From: Tricharina praecox
Lineage: Eukaryota
Assembly (NCBI RefSeq): GCF_024521635.1
Contig: NW_026250420.1
Span: 558,001-622,000, forward strand
Length of the DNA stretch: 64,000 nucleotides
Direction of reading: 5' to 3'
In this document: one piece after another, positions 11,632-24,747 of the stretch
Numbering within the stretch: position 1 is the first letter of the stretch
How the letters are laid out: each line of letters starts with the position of its first letter
Notes under the pieces: model-generated
Database searches by the model: none
What the model saw: only the letters and a program-made list of their open reading frames with translations
Told to the model about the DNA's origin: nothing
Program-made: the position numbers and the translations under genes

Positions 11632-14600
11632 ACCGTACGACCCAGCTGCAAACCGACATCAAAGCAAGCTCACCTCGTGTTTTTCGTTTTTTCATTTTTT
11701 CTTCTATTTTTTTGGTTTAATCATTAATTTCTTACGACCCACCTACGAGTAGATCATGGCAACACCTGCACCAGTATACACACTCCGATTCCCAACTCGA
11801 CTCCCATCGAGCGGTCCGATGTGGCTTCCCTTACCTACCCTCCACTGAGGTGCGCGAAGGAAGAGGCAACTTGGCGTCATTGATGAACACCGGAGAGAGC
11901 AGATCTTGTTGAGACCTGGTGGGACCGATGTGTTTTGAAGGTGGGACCCGATGTAGACCCGATGCCGGTCGTTGAACGTTGAACTGATTCCTGTTGTCAC
12001 TTTTTTTGTTTTTTTTTGTTTTTTTTGTTTAATCATTGAGCTCCTGTTGGCACTATTTCTGTTCTGCCTATCGTCGGTCGGCCCTAAACAGACAATCACC
12101 GTGTACTCTACATCATGGTCATCACCAGCATCGTCATCATCGTCATCATCGTCATCATTGACTGAGACTTCCAGTTCAATTGATTCCGGTTGTGTTCCTC
12201 ACTCGTTTTTGGATCTCTCACCAGTCACCCGTCGTCCAACCCACCGTCGCCCGAGTGACACCCAATGAATAGCCCTGGAATTAAATAATCCCAGCTGACA
12301 GTACTCTCCCACCGGTACTAGCACTTACCGCTAACCCTCGCGTCCTTACCGAGGTCCGACCCCCGAGATCTACACAGAGCTCGACGGAAAGAGCTCGGCT
12401 CGTGTATCCGATTCCGCTATCTCCCTCTCGCTCTCGCCGGAGATTTCATTACAGCTTACTTACATATGTGCGGCAGCGCATGGAGGCGGCGACCGGGCGA
12501 ACAAACAAACAAACAGCTCGTCTCCTCTGCCCTCTCGCCTCTGCCCTCCTCCCCCCAGACCGAAAGAAAATGTATGTAGGCCTCGGGCTAACTAACTACA
12601 TCTTGGTTACTATATAGGCATCCGCAACCGCCATGCCATCACACCGAACCATAGGTGCTCTACATTCATAGCCGGCATCAGCTAATCCTCCCCCTTTTTC
12701 TTCGACTGTCCCCAACGTCGGCCCAACCCAAGCCAATCCAGGCCAGGCCAAGAAAAGCGAAAACGAAATGATGACTTGGGAGGAGGCAAGATGCATTCGG
12801 GAGGTGCCAGCAGCCAGCGGACACTGGACAGAGACTTTTGCGAAGCGCCGCCTATGTGCTATGATAGGTGCTCTACATAGAGGTGCTCTAGAGAACAATC
12901 TATCCGGCGCATGCTAGAGTGCGGCGTGGTATTGTAGGTGGTATGCGGCAGAGATTTTCCCTCCACAGGGGGATCCACGGTGAGGCAGGGCAAAGGCGAG
13001 GAACGACGGCGATAGAGTACCTATCTATGAGTATATTATTGAGGGCGGCGGAGACGAGAGTTGCTGGACACGGGGGAGTCGACACCGTCATACTCTACAC
13101 CACACATCCTCCTGGCGTGCACGGCTCTGAGGCTGAGGGTGCAGATGGGGGGTGGGAACTCGAGTGGGCAGGTTCCGTCGAAATCAAGCCGTCCGCTCGC
13201 TCACTCACAGCACGGAGACGAAAAGGAAAAGGAACAAACCGAGAAGCCGATTCCGCACATCTCGGCTGCGGCTGCGGGAGCGGGCTGCCGTTGCTGATAC
13301 CGTTGCCGATGCCGTTGCGTCCCCGCAACTCAGATTCTCAGATTCTTAGTGCTAGGGTGCTGGACTGGCAGTGCGCCTGTCCCTTACATGATAGGTACTC
13401 TGCCTATAGTTAGGCGGGGGATGCGAAACGTCCGCCTGCGGCGACGAATCATAACTATGCCCGCACTTCTGTTCTTACTTAGAGGAGAGGCTTGAAAGGG
13501 TCCGACCAGCCTCCGGCGGCGTCGTTTGGTAGCGAGGCGGGGGCGGGTTGGCTCTAACTAAGCGGCGCGGGGAGTAGATCACTTTCTGCCTATCATGTAC
13601 TGTAGTACTATACTTACTACATGAACTGTTTCCCTCAAACAACTACGGACTTCGACATTCCAGTCCTCGCGGCACTGCGGCAGATTCCCATAGGACTGAG
13701 GAGACGCTGCGAGATGCCCGACTAGAGTGCTCTACCTACCGTCTGCCATGTCGTGTGAAGTCACCAGTACGATCGGATTTGAGGCCTCGAACGTTCCGGT
13801 ATTGAGAGAGAGAGAAATTCAATTTACATCCTACGTTCCGGCATCGCACGGTGCGTACGGACTCCGGAGGGCTGGACTTCGCTGGTGAGTGATCCTCCGT
13901 GAGAACGTCGTGCACAATGAATGTGTGGCTGACATGTTTCCAGGAGTCCAGGGTATGAATCCACTGTACAGGCACTGCATTTATCCTCCATGCATATTTC
14001 TCAATCACTTCCGCCCGTTGAAACCTGCGGACTTGCGGCATCGTGGTCAGGAACATGACGTGGGGCACTGGGCTGAGTGGCTTTCATTCGTTCGCCGTTC
14101 GTTCGGTAGCGCAGGGAAGCGTCTACCACGTACGGTACCGGTGTACGCACCTGAGCGGTGGGGCGGTGGGCGGTGGGGGATCTCGCCCGCCTCTTGGTAA
14201 CTTAGCGCGCAGGAACGGAAACGTTTTTACTGGTGGGATTTTTTCCTGGTTCGTTTCGTTCGTTTCGTTTCTTACATACCAAGTACCTACGGACTTTCGC
14301 GCGAGTCCAGTGTTTTGTTTTGTATCGCCAAATCGCAGGATATTCCATGAAGAAGCCCGACCTGAAATTTGGAATATCGTTGCACGAAGCGTGGAGTAAG
14401 CAGAGATGGAAGAAAGGAAGGAAGGAAGAATGGGATGGGATGGCCATCTCGGCAGTGTGCGACTCTGCGAGCGTTGTGCAGTGTGCATTTGGTGGTGTTC
14501 CTGTGGTGTTCCTGCATTAGCGCCCAGGGCATGGGCAGAGCACACCCATACACACGCAGGCATTTTCCTTCCTTCCTGCCTTTCTTCCCTCCCTCCACGA

Positions 14601-15635
14601 GTGCGAAACTGACGATAGGGGGGATTTGCCGAGTCGAATCAGGGCCTTTCATGTTCCGGGAGGAGGAGGATGGTGGGGAAGAATGATCGAAGAGCCATCA
14701 GCCACCAGAAATCAGTCACCAGCCACTTTGCTCGAGACATTCCTCCATCTTCAGCTGTGCTCCCTCTGTGCATATTCACATACAACTCATCCACCAGTAG
14801 TAGTTAGGCATGTACCGTTCGCTGTGTCGGCGTGACTTCCGCGGGCGGGTAGTGTTGTTGGTGTTGCCGTATGTGGTTATTTTTTTTCTTTTGGCGCTTT
14901 GCTTTTCGCGCTGGGGGGATCATCGTCAGCCAGCAGTAGCTAAGTCGGACCACCTTCTCTTTGTGTAAGGCACCACGGCGTCCGGTTTCCACAGCGCCGT
15001 GGTCGTGAAGCGTTCGGTCTCGTCTGCATGTACCAGTAGATACACATGTACCTGCGCCATCTCGACATCATCTGGAGTAGAGTATCCAGAGTAACTGAAT
15101 ATCCGCTCCACACCAGAATCCCCCTCCGAATGCTTCCCCGTGAATAATTTGGCGGATAGAGTGCGCTCAATAATTGCTATAACCGTGACGGCGAGGCGAG
15201 GTGTCGGGCGCATCTGGTCTTTCCCCAGGATAACTGCTAGTAACATACTAGTCTCTCCCACCATCTGGAATTCCTTACGACAGTGAACGAGATTAGCAGC
15301 TCGTCATTTTGGAAACAGGGCGAATCCTTGTACCTCAATCGCCCGGCCAGCCAATCGTAATCACTCGTGCGTTTCACCTAGCCAACACCCTGGCGGATGT
15401 CCTCTGCTCACCTCTCCGTCTAGCACCACCACCCACCCCCCTCCCCCAATCCCTTCCTCCCTTCCTCCCTCTCTCCCTCCTTTTCCTTCTTCCACCACCC
15501 CCATCCGCCCGCCCTCCGTCAACTCCTGCGTGGCTTCGCACTTTGTTTGCTCGCTTCAACATCACCAGTTTTGCTGCCCTTCTTTTATCAGCAAAACACA
15601 AATCGAAACGAACACATTCATTCCTTCAACTAAAC

Positions 15636-15727
15636 CAACGCACACACGCAAACACAAACACACGCAAACACAAACACAAACACACGCAAACACAAACACA
15701 CGCAAACACAAACACACGCACACACAA
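15636..15727. repeat. CA-rich compound repeat (CACAAA/CACGCAAA units) in the leader of the SH3 gene
   Basis: acacacgcaaacacaaacacacgcaaacacaaacacaaac... seen directly, ~50 nt before ATG 15780. Confidence 0.85.
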
Positions 15728-15779
15728 CCGTTAGCCGCTCTTTCTAACCGCTCACTACACCATAATAATAACGCCAAAA

Positions 15780-17949
15780 ATGGGGGGACATATTCGCTAC
15801 CGCGCACGGGACCTCAACGTCCACCGTCGCCGACATCTCGCCGTCCGGAATCCGGCCATCGTCACAAAGACAATCTTCTTCGACCCGGCACGGACCGAGA
15901 GGATCACTGGGTTTTCGACGCTGCCGCCGGCCGAGGAGGAGAATACTGCGACGCAGGTCGAGGAGGACACTGCGACGTCGGTTGAGGAGGAGCAGCCAAG
16001 GACTACACAGGAGGTGGTGGACGAGCTGACGAGCACCCGGACTTCCACGAAAGCAAAGGCTACGACGACATCGGCGAGTGATAGAGAGGAGATCACATCG
16101 GGTAAGTGGCTCGTGTGCGCACAGACGGCACGATAGGAAGTTTACTAACGCTATGGATGAAGCTTCGACAAGAAACAGCGCGAGTCCGAGCGCATCGCGC
16201 TCTGTTGGTGCTGCTAATCTGTACGCTTCGTCAAGTGCGACCGGCACGCACAGCGGTTCGGCCGCCTCGTCGACCGCTTCGCTTGCCGCTGCCAGCAACT
16301 CGGCAACAACAAGCGGAATGTCGACTGGCGCAACCGCTGGTCTGGCTGGTGCTGGTGTAGCAATCTTAGTCATCGTTGGCTTTGTCGCATTTTTCTTCTA
16401 CCGAAGAAAGTCGAAGCAGAAGAAACAGCTGGCGTATGGAAACATTGAGGATGAAAAGGCTGCTGCGGCTGGAGGTGCTGGCGGAGAGAAGAACTCCCCC
16501 TACGGAACTCCTGTCCCCTTCGTGGCCGTTTCACAGTACGACGAGAGGAGTATCGCACCTAGCATAACGTCCGAACGTGCGCCTCGTGTGTCCTTGCGCC
16601 CCGTTACTCAGTTCATGCCGAATCTCATGGGTGGTGCTGCTACTACAGCTGGTACTACTGCTGTCACTGGCGCAGGCACTCTCGGTGTTCCTGCTGCGAG
16701 TGCACCTAGTGCTACCACGGGCGTTACTGATACTGCCACTGGTGCCAACATGGGTGGTGCTCTCGGAGCTGCCGCTGCCACCGGTGTAGTTGCTGCTGCT
16801 GCTGGAGGAGCTTTTGTCGCCGCCAACCAGCAAGCAGACCAGTCCCAGCAAACCCGACAGACGCATCTGGTTCGCACACTGTCTCGCAAGGAGCCTCCCC
16901 CAGCGTTGGTACTCAACAACGAGCCCCTGCCCCAGGCCGAGGATTCCAACGGTGTGAGCCCGCTTCTCCCTCCTGGAGAACAGCGATCTTCTTCGCCGAC
17001 CCCGTCCGGATTCACTGACTCGTCTATCGGCGTTTCGCCTTTTGCTGGTTCGCCGGCTGGCTCTCCCTCTCCCAGCGCTGGAGGTAATCCATCGAACGGA
17101 CCTGTCCACCGAGTGCAGATGTCGTTTGCTCCCACTATGGGAGACGAGTTGGAGCTTCGTGAAGGTCAGCTCGTCCGTATCATTCACGAGTACGACGATG
17201 GATGGGCGCTGTGTAGCCGCCTGGACCGCAGCCAGCAGGGTGTTTGCCCCAGAACCTGTCTGTCCCAGAACCCCCTCAAGCCTCGCCCACCCCCAGGAAG
17301 TGCCGGCCCCCGTGGTCCTCCTCCTGCTCCTCGTGCTGGCCCCGGACCCCAGCAAGGCCCCGGACCCCAGCAAGGCCCCGGACCCCAGCAAGGCCCCGGA
17401 CCCCAGCAAGGCCCCGGACCCCATGGATTCCCTTCCCCTGGCGGACACAGCTCTCCAGGACCCGTCAACTTCCCGCCTCCTGCAGGAAGGCAGTCGCCGC
17501 GCCCTCAGAGTCCCGTCTCGCGCCCTCATAGCCCGGTTGTCTCGCGCCCTCATAGCCCGGTTGTCTCGCGTCCCCACAGCCCGGTTGTCTCGCGTCCCCA
17601 GAGCCCTGCCATCCGCTCGCAGCCCCAGAGCCCTGTCAGGACCGTCGGCTACCAGAAGCCCCAGTACGTTCCAGCCAGTGCCAGTCGCCCGCAGTCCCCG
17701 GTTACCTCGGTGCCCAGCTCTCCGACGACGCCAACCATCGTCATCTCTCCGTCGTTCTCGAGGCCCACGTCTCCGAGCAACCAGAGCCCCACGAGCCCCA
17801 CTGTCGCGCCCAGACCCGCGGTCGCGCCGATCCATCCATCGCCCCTGTCGATCCAGACGAGCACCAGCGATGTCGAGGGAGAGCCCCAGACTCAGCCACC
17901 AGTGACCTCCTCCTCCTCCTCCTCTCCTCCGGTGTTCCACGCCATGTGA
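15780..17949 (+). CDS. Single-pass membrane protein: Ser/Thr-rich ectodomain, TM helix, cytoplasmic SH3 domain, Pro-rich tail (Fus1-like architecture)
   Basis: Exons 15780-16101 and 16163-17949 (GTAAGT..TACTAAC..AAG intron). TM AGAGVAILVIVGFVAFFFY followed by RRKSK; SH3 VHRVQMSFAPTMGDELELREGQLVRIIHEYDDGWALCSRLDRSQQGVCPRTCL. Confidence 0.85.
17338..17423 (+). repeat. Coding minisatellite, 18-bp unit GGCCCCGGACCCCAGCAA x4.8 (GPGPQQ)
   Basis: Four perfect copies plus 14 nt, seen directly. Confidence 0.95.
17515..17606 (+). repeat. Coding minisatellite, 24-bp unit x~3.8 (VSRPHSPV)
   Basis: GTCTCGCGCCCTCATAGCCCGGTT and near-identical copies, seen directly. Confidence 0.92.
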
Positions 17950-19051
17950 GCCGAGCGAGCGAGTAGTCACGCTATGCGGATGAAATGAAATGTGCAACGA
18001 CAACAACCGAAAACCGAAAATAAAATAAAAATAAAAAATGAAATGTGGGGGGGGCGAAATGGGTTGGGTTTGGGATGAATGGAATGGAACGGAATGGAAT
18101 GTGTGCACCCTCGCTCTTGCTGGCTGGAAAGAGTGGTTTTTTAATGATCCGGATCATATCAAAATCATGGTTTTGGTTTTTGAATGGCCGGATCATCGAA
18201 ACCATCAAATCACGAACGAACCATCTATCTCTCTCGCCTGGTAGTTTGAGCATGAATGTGGCGGACCGCAAGGAATTTTCCTGTTACTTGTTTGCTTGCT
18301 TGCTTGTTTGTCAGCCGTTGTCGACGTTGCCATTGTCATTTTTACTTTCTTTTTCTTTTTTTTCTCTCGTTCGTGAAGTACCTAGGGGAGCGGGGGGAGT
18401 GGGAGTGGGGGAGTACCGTAGTTATGTGGGTGGTGTTCTGTGATTTTTTCCTCTTCTTTTCTTTCTTTGACGATACTCGACTGTTGATTCTGTGCCGATA
18501 CCCCCTTAACCTACCCTTCTATCTTCTACATACTTCGTCTGATGACGGACAGATCTTATATGCGCTTGTTTTTTTGAGAGGAGGGGGAGGTGGGGTGGGG
18601 TGAGGCAAAGGGAAGGATAGGAATGAAGGTGATGGGAATGGAGGGGATGGGAAGTAATTAATGGCTGGCCTTTGCGATTCCAATACCAATATCTGAGAGC
18701 TGAGATTTGAGAGACTGGGGCGTGAGTTGATGGGGTGGGATGTGATGTGACGGAAAGGACGAAAACGGATCTACTATATAGTAGGGCTATCACTCGTTGA
18801 TTGTATCCCCCAATGGCCATCTCAACTACTTCAACTACTCTATTCCTCGCCCGTCCGTACTGCGGAAATCAGAATCGCCATCATACGCCATCATCATAAA
18901 CCATCACCCAGCACCCATCACCCAACACCACCACCACCCATAAGCCTAGTTCTATATAAATTCAGTCTATAACAGTCTATATTCCCTTTACTTTTGCTTT
19001 CCTATTTCCGTTCACCGCCCACCGTCCCTCCTCCCCCAGCGCACCCAAACT

Positions 19052-22000
19052 CTACGAATAAAACGAAAAACTTGTCCGACCTATCGCATCCTCGCATTAG
19101 CCACCAACCAACCCATCAGAAAGAGAGCAACTTACAAAGCGGACAACTACTCGAATTGCTAGTCTTGAACCACTTGAGGAGACACGTGGAGTGGAATTTA
19201 TTCTTGCAGGTAGCGCAGGCGCGGTTCGGCAGGGAGCGGTCTGGGGTAACCGCTAGAATGCTGTAGCAGATGGCGCATTCGCTGACGCCCTGGAAGTGCA
19301 GCGACACGTTCTTGCGGAACAGTGTCAGGGCGTCGGTGATACTCCCGCTCTATTTTGTTGCGTGGGGGGTTAGTACTGGGGCGGGGGAAGGGGGGGGGAT
19401 GGGGATGGAGGGGGGGGAGGGCGTACTTGGAAGTTGACGACGGCCTGCGAGGCGAGGCGCATCTGCTTAAACTTGACCTCTGGCAATCCGACGCGGCGGA
19501 GTCCCTGGACCTCTACCTGGCGGAGGGGAAACAGTTTTGGCAGGCGGATGAGGATGTCCATCGCCTGGTCGTCGACGGGGTACGAGGCGACGACCTCGCG
19601 CGTGACTTTCGAGACCTTGACTTTCATGCCGTCTTCGTCGTCTTCGTCGCGGGTCGAGATCCACTCCGCGACCGAGGCGAGCTCTTGGTCGATCAGTAAA
19701 GGCGACATCCACTTCTCCGTGAACGCCTCGACTGCGAGAACAGTGCCGCGGTTGCGCGAGGTGTCGAGCCACCACGATTTGACGAGTGAGGGCGTACGGC
19801 TGAGCTGAAGGTAGTACAGGTGCGTGCAGAGCCAGCGGAGGTCGTGTAGAGGGTTTTCGGTCGTGTCGGCGGTGTAGGTTTGGATGGAGACTTTGGAGGC
19901 GTCGAAGGGGCGCGCGGGGGTGAAGATCGTGGTGGAGACGAAGTCCAGTAGTGGTGTCATGTATTGGCCTTCTTTGAGGGATTCCACGTAGATCGAGCGG
20001 ACCTTGAAGGATGCGTTCTCGAAGTGATCGAAGACGAGAATCCAGCTGAGCAGGTAACCGCGGATGGCGATCGGCATCTCGCGGGCGAACCCAATCTCCA
20101 TATCGTCTTCCAGTGACTCGGGGGCTTCAAGGATCATCGACAGGATCTCCGGTGGTAATTGTAGGCTCCCAGCCACATCGGCGGACAGCGCCGCGTCGAC
20201 GGACACTTGCTCCTGGGTGGTGGGAATATACCGATGGAGGATATCGAACGCCACTTTCTGAATCGGTCTGGACTGCGTGCCCAGCAGCGGGTACACCGCC
20301 CCAAAGTCGGGAACATGCGCAATATCCACATCTCTAAGCTGCCGTGCAATCTGCGTATTGACGATTCCCCTTGGCTGGTGCATCGCATCGGACCGTCCCG
20401 AGTTCTGCAGGAGAGTGATGAGCCGTGAATACAACCCAGCCTTATTCTCGGCCCACGCATCATCCAGATCATCGTTCTCGCCGACGAGTCCCTTAAGGAC
20501 TTGGAAAAGCCTCAATGTCGCAGACACCATCGGTAGATGCGGCTCCTCCAGGGGAACACAGATCTCCCAACACGACCCCACAAACTCCAGCGTGCTCTGC
20601 CAGTGCTCACCATACATGCTCTTGACGATGGGCAAGACGTGACACAGGACCTGCGCAATCTGACAGATGAGTCCCGGCGTAAGCTCAATGTCGTCATTCC
20701 CCTCGTCCAGCCACGAAAGCAGATGTCTGATCAGATTCATAGCCCTCGGTTGGGGGATATTCGGGGCTCCCTCGTCCGCGCTCGGCAGGGCAGCGTCAAG
20801 CATCACCAGCAGCTGCAATCCGCCCGTCGCAGCGTTCGCAGAGGAAACTCCCAGGAGCGTCCCGATAGTCCCCATGAACACGCGCTCCTTGCGCGCCGGC
20901 ATCAGGATCGTCGAGGAGCCCACTAGCATCGCTGTGGACAGGAAGACATCGCCATCCTTCCACACATCATTGCTGTCGACCCAGCTCACCGCCATCTCCC
21001 GGAACACCTGATCGCGCTCCGTTAGATCAGCCAGAACGATGGAAAGCGCACGGGCCGCGTAGAACGTGGCTGCATCGGCGCCGCGGCTGCGCTGCATCAA
21101 GCGCTCGACGAGTTTCTCGCGGGCCCCACCGGCCGCCAGAGCAGCCTGCGCCCAGTGCTGCGTCGCCGAGGTAAACACCAGCATTTCCGGCTCCATTTCG
21201 TGGTCCTTCCAAAGCTGATTTGCGCCGGCCACACTGAGGTTGTCCTTTGCCACCTCCTGGACCAGGAGGATGTAATACAGCAGTTGCGACTTCACCTCGT
21301 CGGCGATGACAAACCCCGCAAGCTCCTTGACCAGTTTCGTCGAAAACAGTGCCATCCGCAGAACCGTCGAGTAGCCCTCCGAATCCCAGAACGCCTCTCC
21401 GCCCTTCTCCGTAGCATCATCGCCCACGAGGAAAATAGCTCCACCCAGCGGATTTGAAATCGCCAGCGAAAGACTGTTCACCTTCCGAGGATGTGGTGCA
21501 ATAGCGCTCTCCCACTCCTCCTCCGAAAATAACAGCTTCGCTACGAGCATATCCGCCGTCTCCTTTGGCACACCCTTAACCAAGCTCGCAGCTTTAGCCG
21601 CAAGGTAGTCGATATCCAGATGCTCACTGGTCGGCTCCAGAACACTGTTGCAGATACTCCCCACCGTGATATCAGTCAGTCTCCCCACACCATCACTATC
21701 GACCGCGGCATCAATCGCACTGCGCAGTCGTGCCGCAGAGCTGCTTATAGCCCTATCCGGCGAGTTTGCCAGTACCAAAAGCTTCGATAACAGCTCCTTC
21801 CCGTGGTCGGAGTTGATGAACGGCATAAGTCTGTGAGGGTTTGTTCCGGCGACTGCGTCGAGCACCCGTGGTGCGTCGAGGTCCACGCCCTCCATGAGCT
21901 CGACCAATATCTTTGTCGTGGTGTCCTGCGTGATCACATTGCTAGTGGACCTCAACGTCTCCTTCACCAGTCTCCACGCGCCCGCAGCATGCTCCGGCAG

Positions 22001-24076
22001 CGCAGCCCGCATCTTGTTGACCACGTAACCGTCTAGCTCCTGCACCGGCCCGACTGAAGCAGCGGAGTTGAGCAACAGAACGATCGCATCCTCTTTCTTC
22101 TCCTTGGATAGCTCCGGCGACATCAAAACCGCTCGCACCGTCTTTTTCCACGCATCATCGAATCCATCTGGTGTTCCAGCACCGTAGGAAACGAATGCCG
22201 AGAGAAGCGACTCAATAGTATCGGGTGAAATTATCGCCACCAGCTTGTCCGAGAAGAAATCGTTGACGAGCTGCCGAGCAGAATCGTCAGACAGAATTTC
22301 CTTGCCGACTTTCGACAGCAGCGCTTCGAAAAACACCGCTGCACCTGTGGACTTGCCTAAAAAAACATGAGCGATGAACATCACGGTGGATGGATGGGAA
22401 AACCGGAAGATACCATTTGTAGCGACAAGAGACTTAATCAATTCACCAAGTATGACAACATTACTCTTCACCACCGTGGCGTAGACAGTGCCATCATTTG
22501 GCAGTGCCTTGAGCACGCCCACCACCAGCTTGACCCACGCCTCAGCACAGCGCTTGACCTTCACCTCCTGGTCCGCTCTGACGATGCCGACGACAAACAC
22601 CTCGACCTTCGCCCACATCTGGCCCAGCAGCATATCCGTGACGTCGGCGTTTGCGCGCTGCAGCCTGACGAGGCCACTTCCACACACGGCGGCGGCCACC
22701 GCGTCCTCCCTCGAGACGAAAGTGCGCTCGCCGTTATTCCCGCCGGCCAGGTACCCCGTATAAATCGGCAGTAGCAGCTCCTCGACAATATAAGTCTCGA
22801 GCTGCCGCATCTCGAGGAACCGCAAGCACACGTCCAAAAAGCAGCCCCACGCCGCCAAAATATGTGATCGCGGCTCCGGGCCAGCCTTGATCCCGGCGAG
22901 TACTGCGTTGGCCACGCTCTTCGCCGTCTTCTCACTGTCGGCCAGCACGTCCTCGGGGATGACCCTTACGACCGCCGTCAGCTGCTCCCAGTAACTCGGC
23001 GGGGCGGAATGGCTGCCGAGCTCGACGAACGCCAGGAGCTGCGCCAGCGGCGGCGACTTCTTCTTCGCCTTGGCGACGGTCCAGCACTCGGGAAAGTGTT
23101 TCGTCAGCGCCTCCAGCGCCTCCATGTAGACGCCCGCACTGCCGGCCTGGCTCTTCAGCGCCGCCGCCTTGACCACCACCGCCGTCGCGATCATGTCCAA
23201 ATTGTCTCGCACCAACTCAGGCCGCTTCTCCAGCGCCGCCAGGAGCAGCTGAAACACCGCCCTCCTCAAAAACGCATCAGTATGAAACGCGGCCATCCAA
23301 AGCCTTTTCTCCTTCAGAAACTCCGCAAACCCGTCCACCTCCCCCTCCCCCTCCCCCACCCCCTCCCCCTCACGCAGCATCCTCGCCACAGCCAAGATAC
23401 ACACAGCCGTAGTCCTAGCCCACTTCGCCTCCGCATCCTCGCTATTGCACCAGCGCTCATCACTCAGCGTCCACACCTCCTCCCTCGCCACCGTTTCTGT
23501 ACAAAACGCCAGCACCACTTTCCCAAAAACCGTCCACGCGCTTCTCACCTTCTCCGGTGTCCTAAACACGCTCTCTGCAGCATCGCTCGCCGCCCTCGCC
23601 GCAGCCCGATCATTATCGAACGTGCCGCACAGCCACGGCCCCACGAGTGCGGACATATGCCGTGCCAGCCGCCGTCCCGCCGCGCTGCCCACCGCTCCAA
23701 GCACCGAAAAACTCAGCCGGCGGACCCGCGGAGACGCGTCGATGCACAGCGGAGGGAAGAGCCGCGTCCATGCGCTCAGAACGCCCTCTTCGACGACCGC
23801 GGAGGAGGAGGAAGCGCTGAGCTTGTCGAGGAGCCCCTCGAGCGCTTTGACGCGCGTTACTTCCTCGCGCTTGCTGAGGGACTTGAAGAGCACTGTCAGC
23901 GTCGGGTCCGAGATCGCGGATAGGTCCGGCGGCGCGGTGATGGTGGAGAGCGCTGAGGGGGCGGTGGTGAACATTGCTGCGGTTGCTGCGGCTGCTGTGG
24001 TGGGTGTGCGTGTGCGTGTTGGTGGCGGGAATGGCGGCGGGAAGGTCGTTGTAGTTGATGGCTGCTTTTTGCTCAT
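19052..24076 (-). CDS. RKR1: Listerin E3 ubiquitin ligase of ribosome-associated quality control
   Basis: N-terminal PPDLSAISDPTLTVLFKSLSKREEVTRVKALE, HEAT-like body, RWD-like region, C-terminal RING HFQGVSECAICYSIL...[29 protein letters not shown]. Introns 22413-22357, 19426-19350, 19135-19081. Start taken as MSKK (24076); an upstream in-frame ATG is at 24151. Confidence 0.95.
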
Positions 24077-24747
24077 CGCCTCGCTGCTGCTGCGGGCGAG
24101 TGTGATGAAATCGATCGAAGATGGGTGATGGTGAGTCGAAGGTACATGCACACTCCAGTCGACTGTAGCAATGACGCAGAGTATTAAGTTGTCCGCCCCG
24201 CAACCCCACTACATGTAATTATAGCTCGGTGGACGCATCTACCCTAGTACGAGCTAGATACAGTCGCACGAAGCCGCTGTCGCCTAGCCTTTGTGTGTAT
24301 CCGGCCCCGACGTCCGCATTCAATGGCGTCAACGAGGACAGAAAGTACGGGCCACATATTCAATTCGACCATGATAGTTGCGACAGAGCGCATTTTGACA
24401 CGTAAAGATAGAGGAAATCCATTTTGAAAAAGTGTGAAGTGACAAGAGACAGAAAACACCACCGTGAGCACCGAATAAAGCCAAAGAAAAAAAGTAAACC
24501 AGGTACATCAGGTTACGGAGAAGTACGGATCAAAGAGGTTGTACAAGCTTTGCGCACAAAAGATAGAGAAATGGGAAAAAGAAACAGAAAATGGAGTGCA
24601 CCAGTACAGGAACACCCATATCAGAACCAGGAAGAATTAGATCCACCTGTCCCAACTGCAAATTCCTCCAATTCTTACCAGGTCAACTATCTTACGGACA
24701 TGCGTGCACCTTCACACCTGTGGCATAAACTCGTGAGAGAACGTCAC

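Noticed and set aside
16531..18108. 525-aa antisense ORF
   Set aside because: Shadow of the GC-rich, repetitive SH3 gene; no recognisable domain.
23009..24128. 304-aa and 227-aa plus-strand ORFs
   Set aside because: Antisense to RKR1; expected from high GC3 codon usage.
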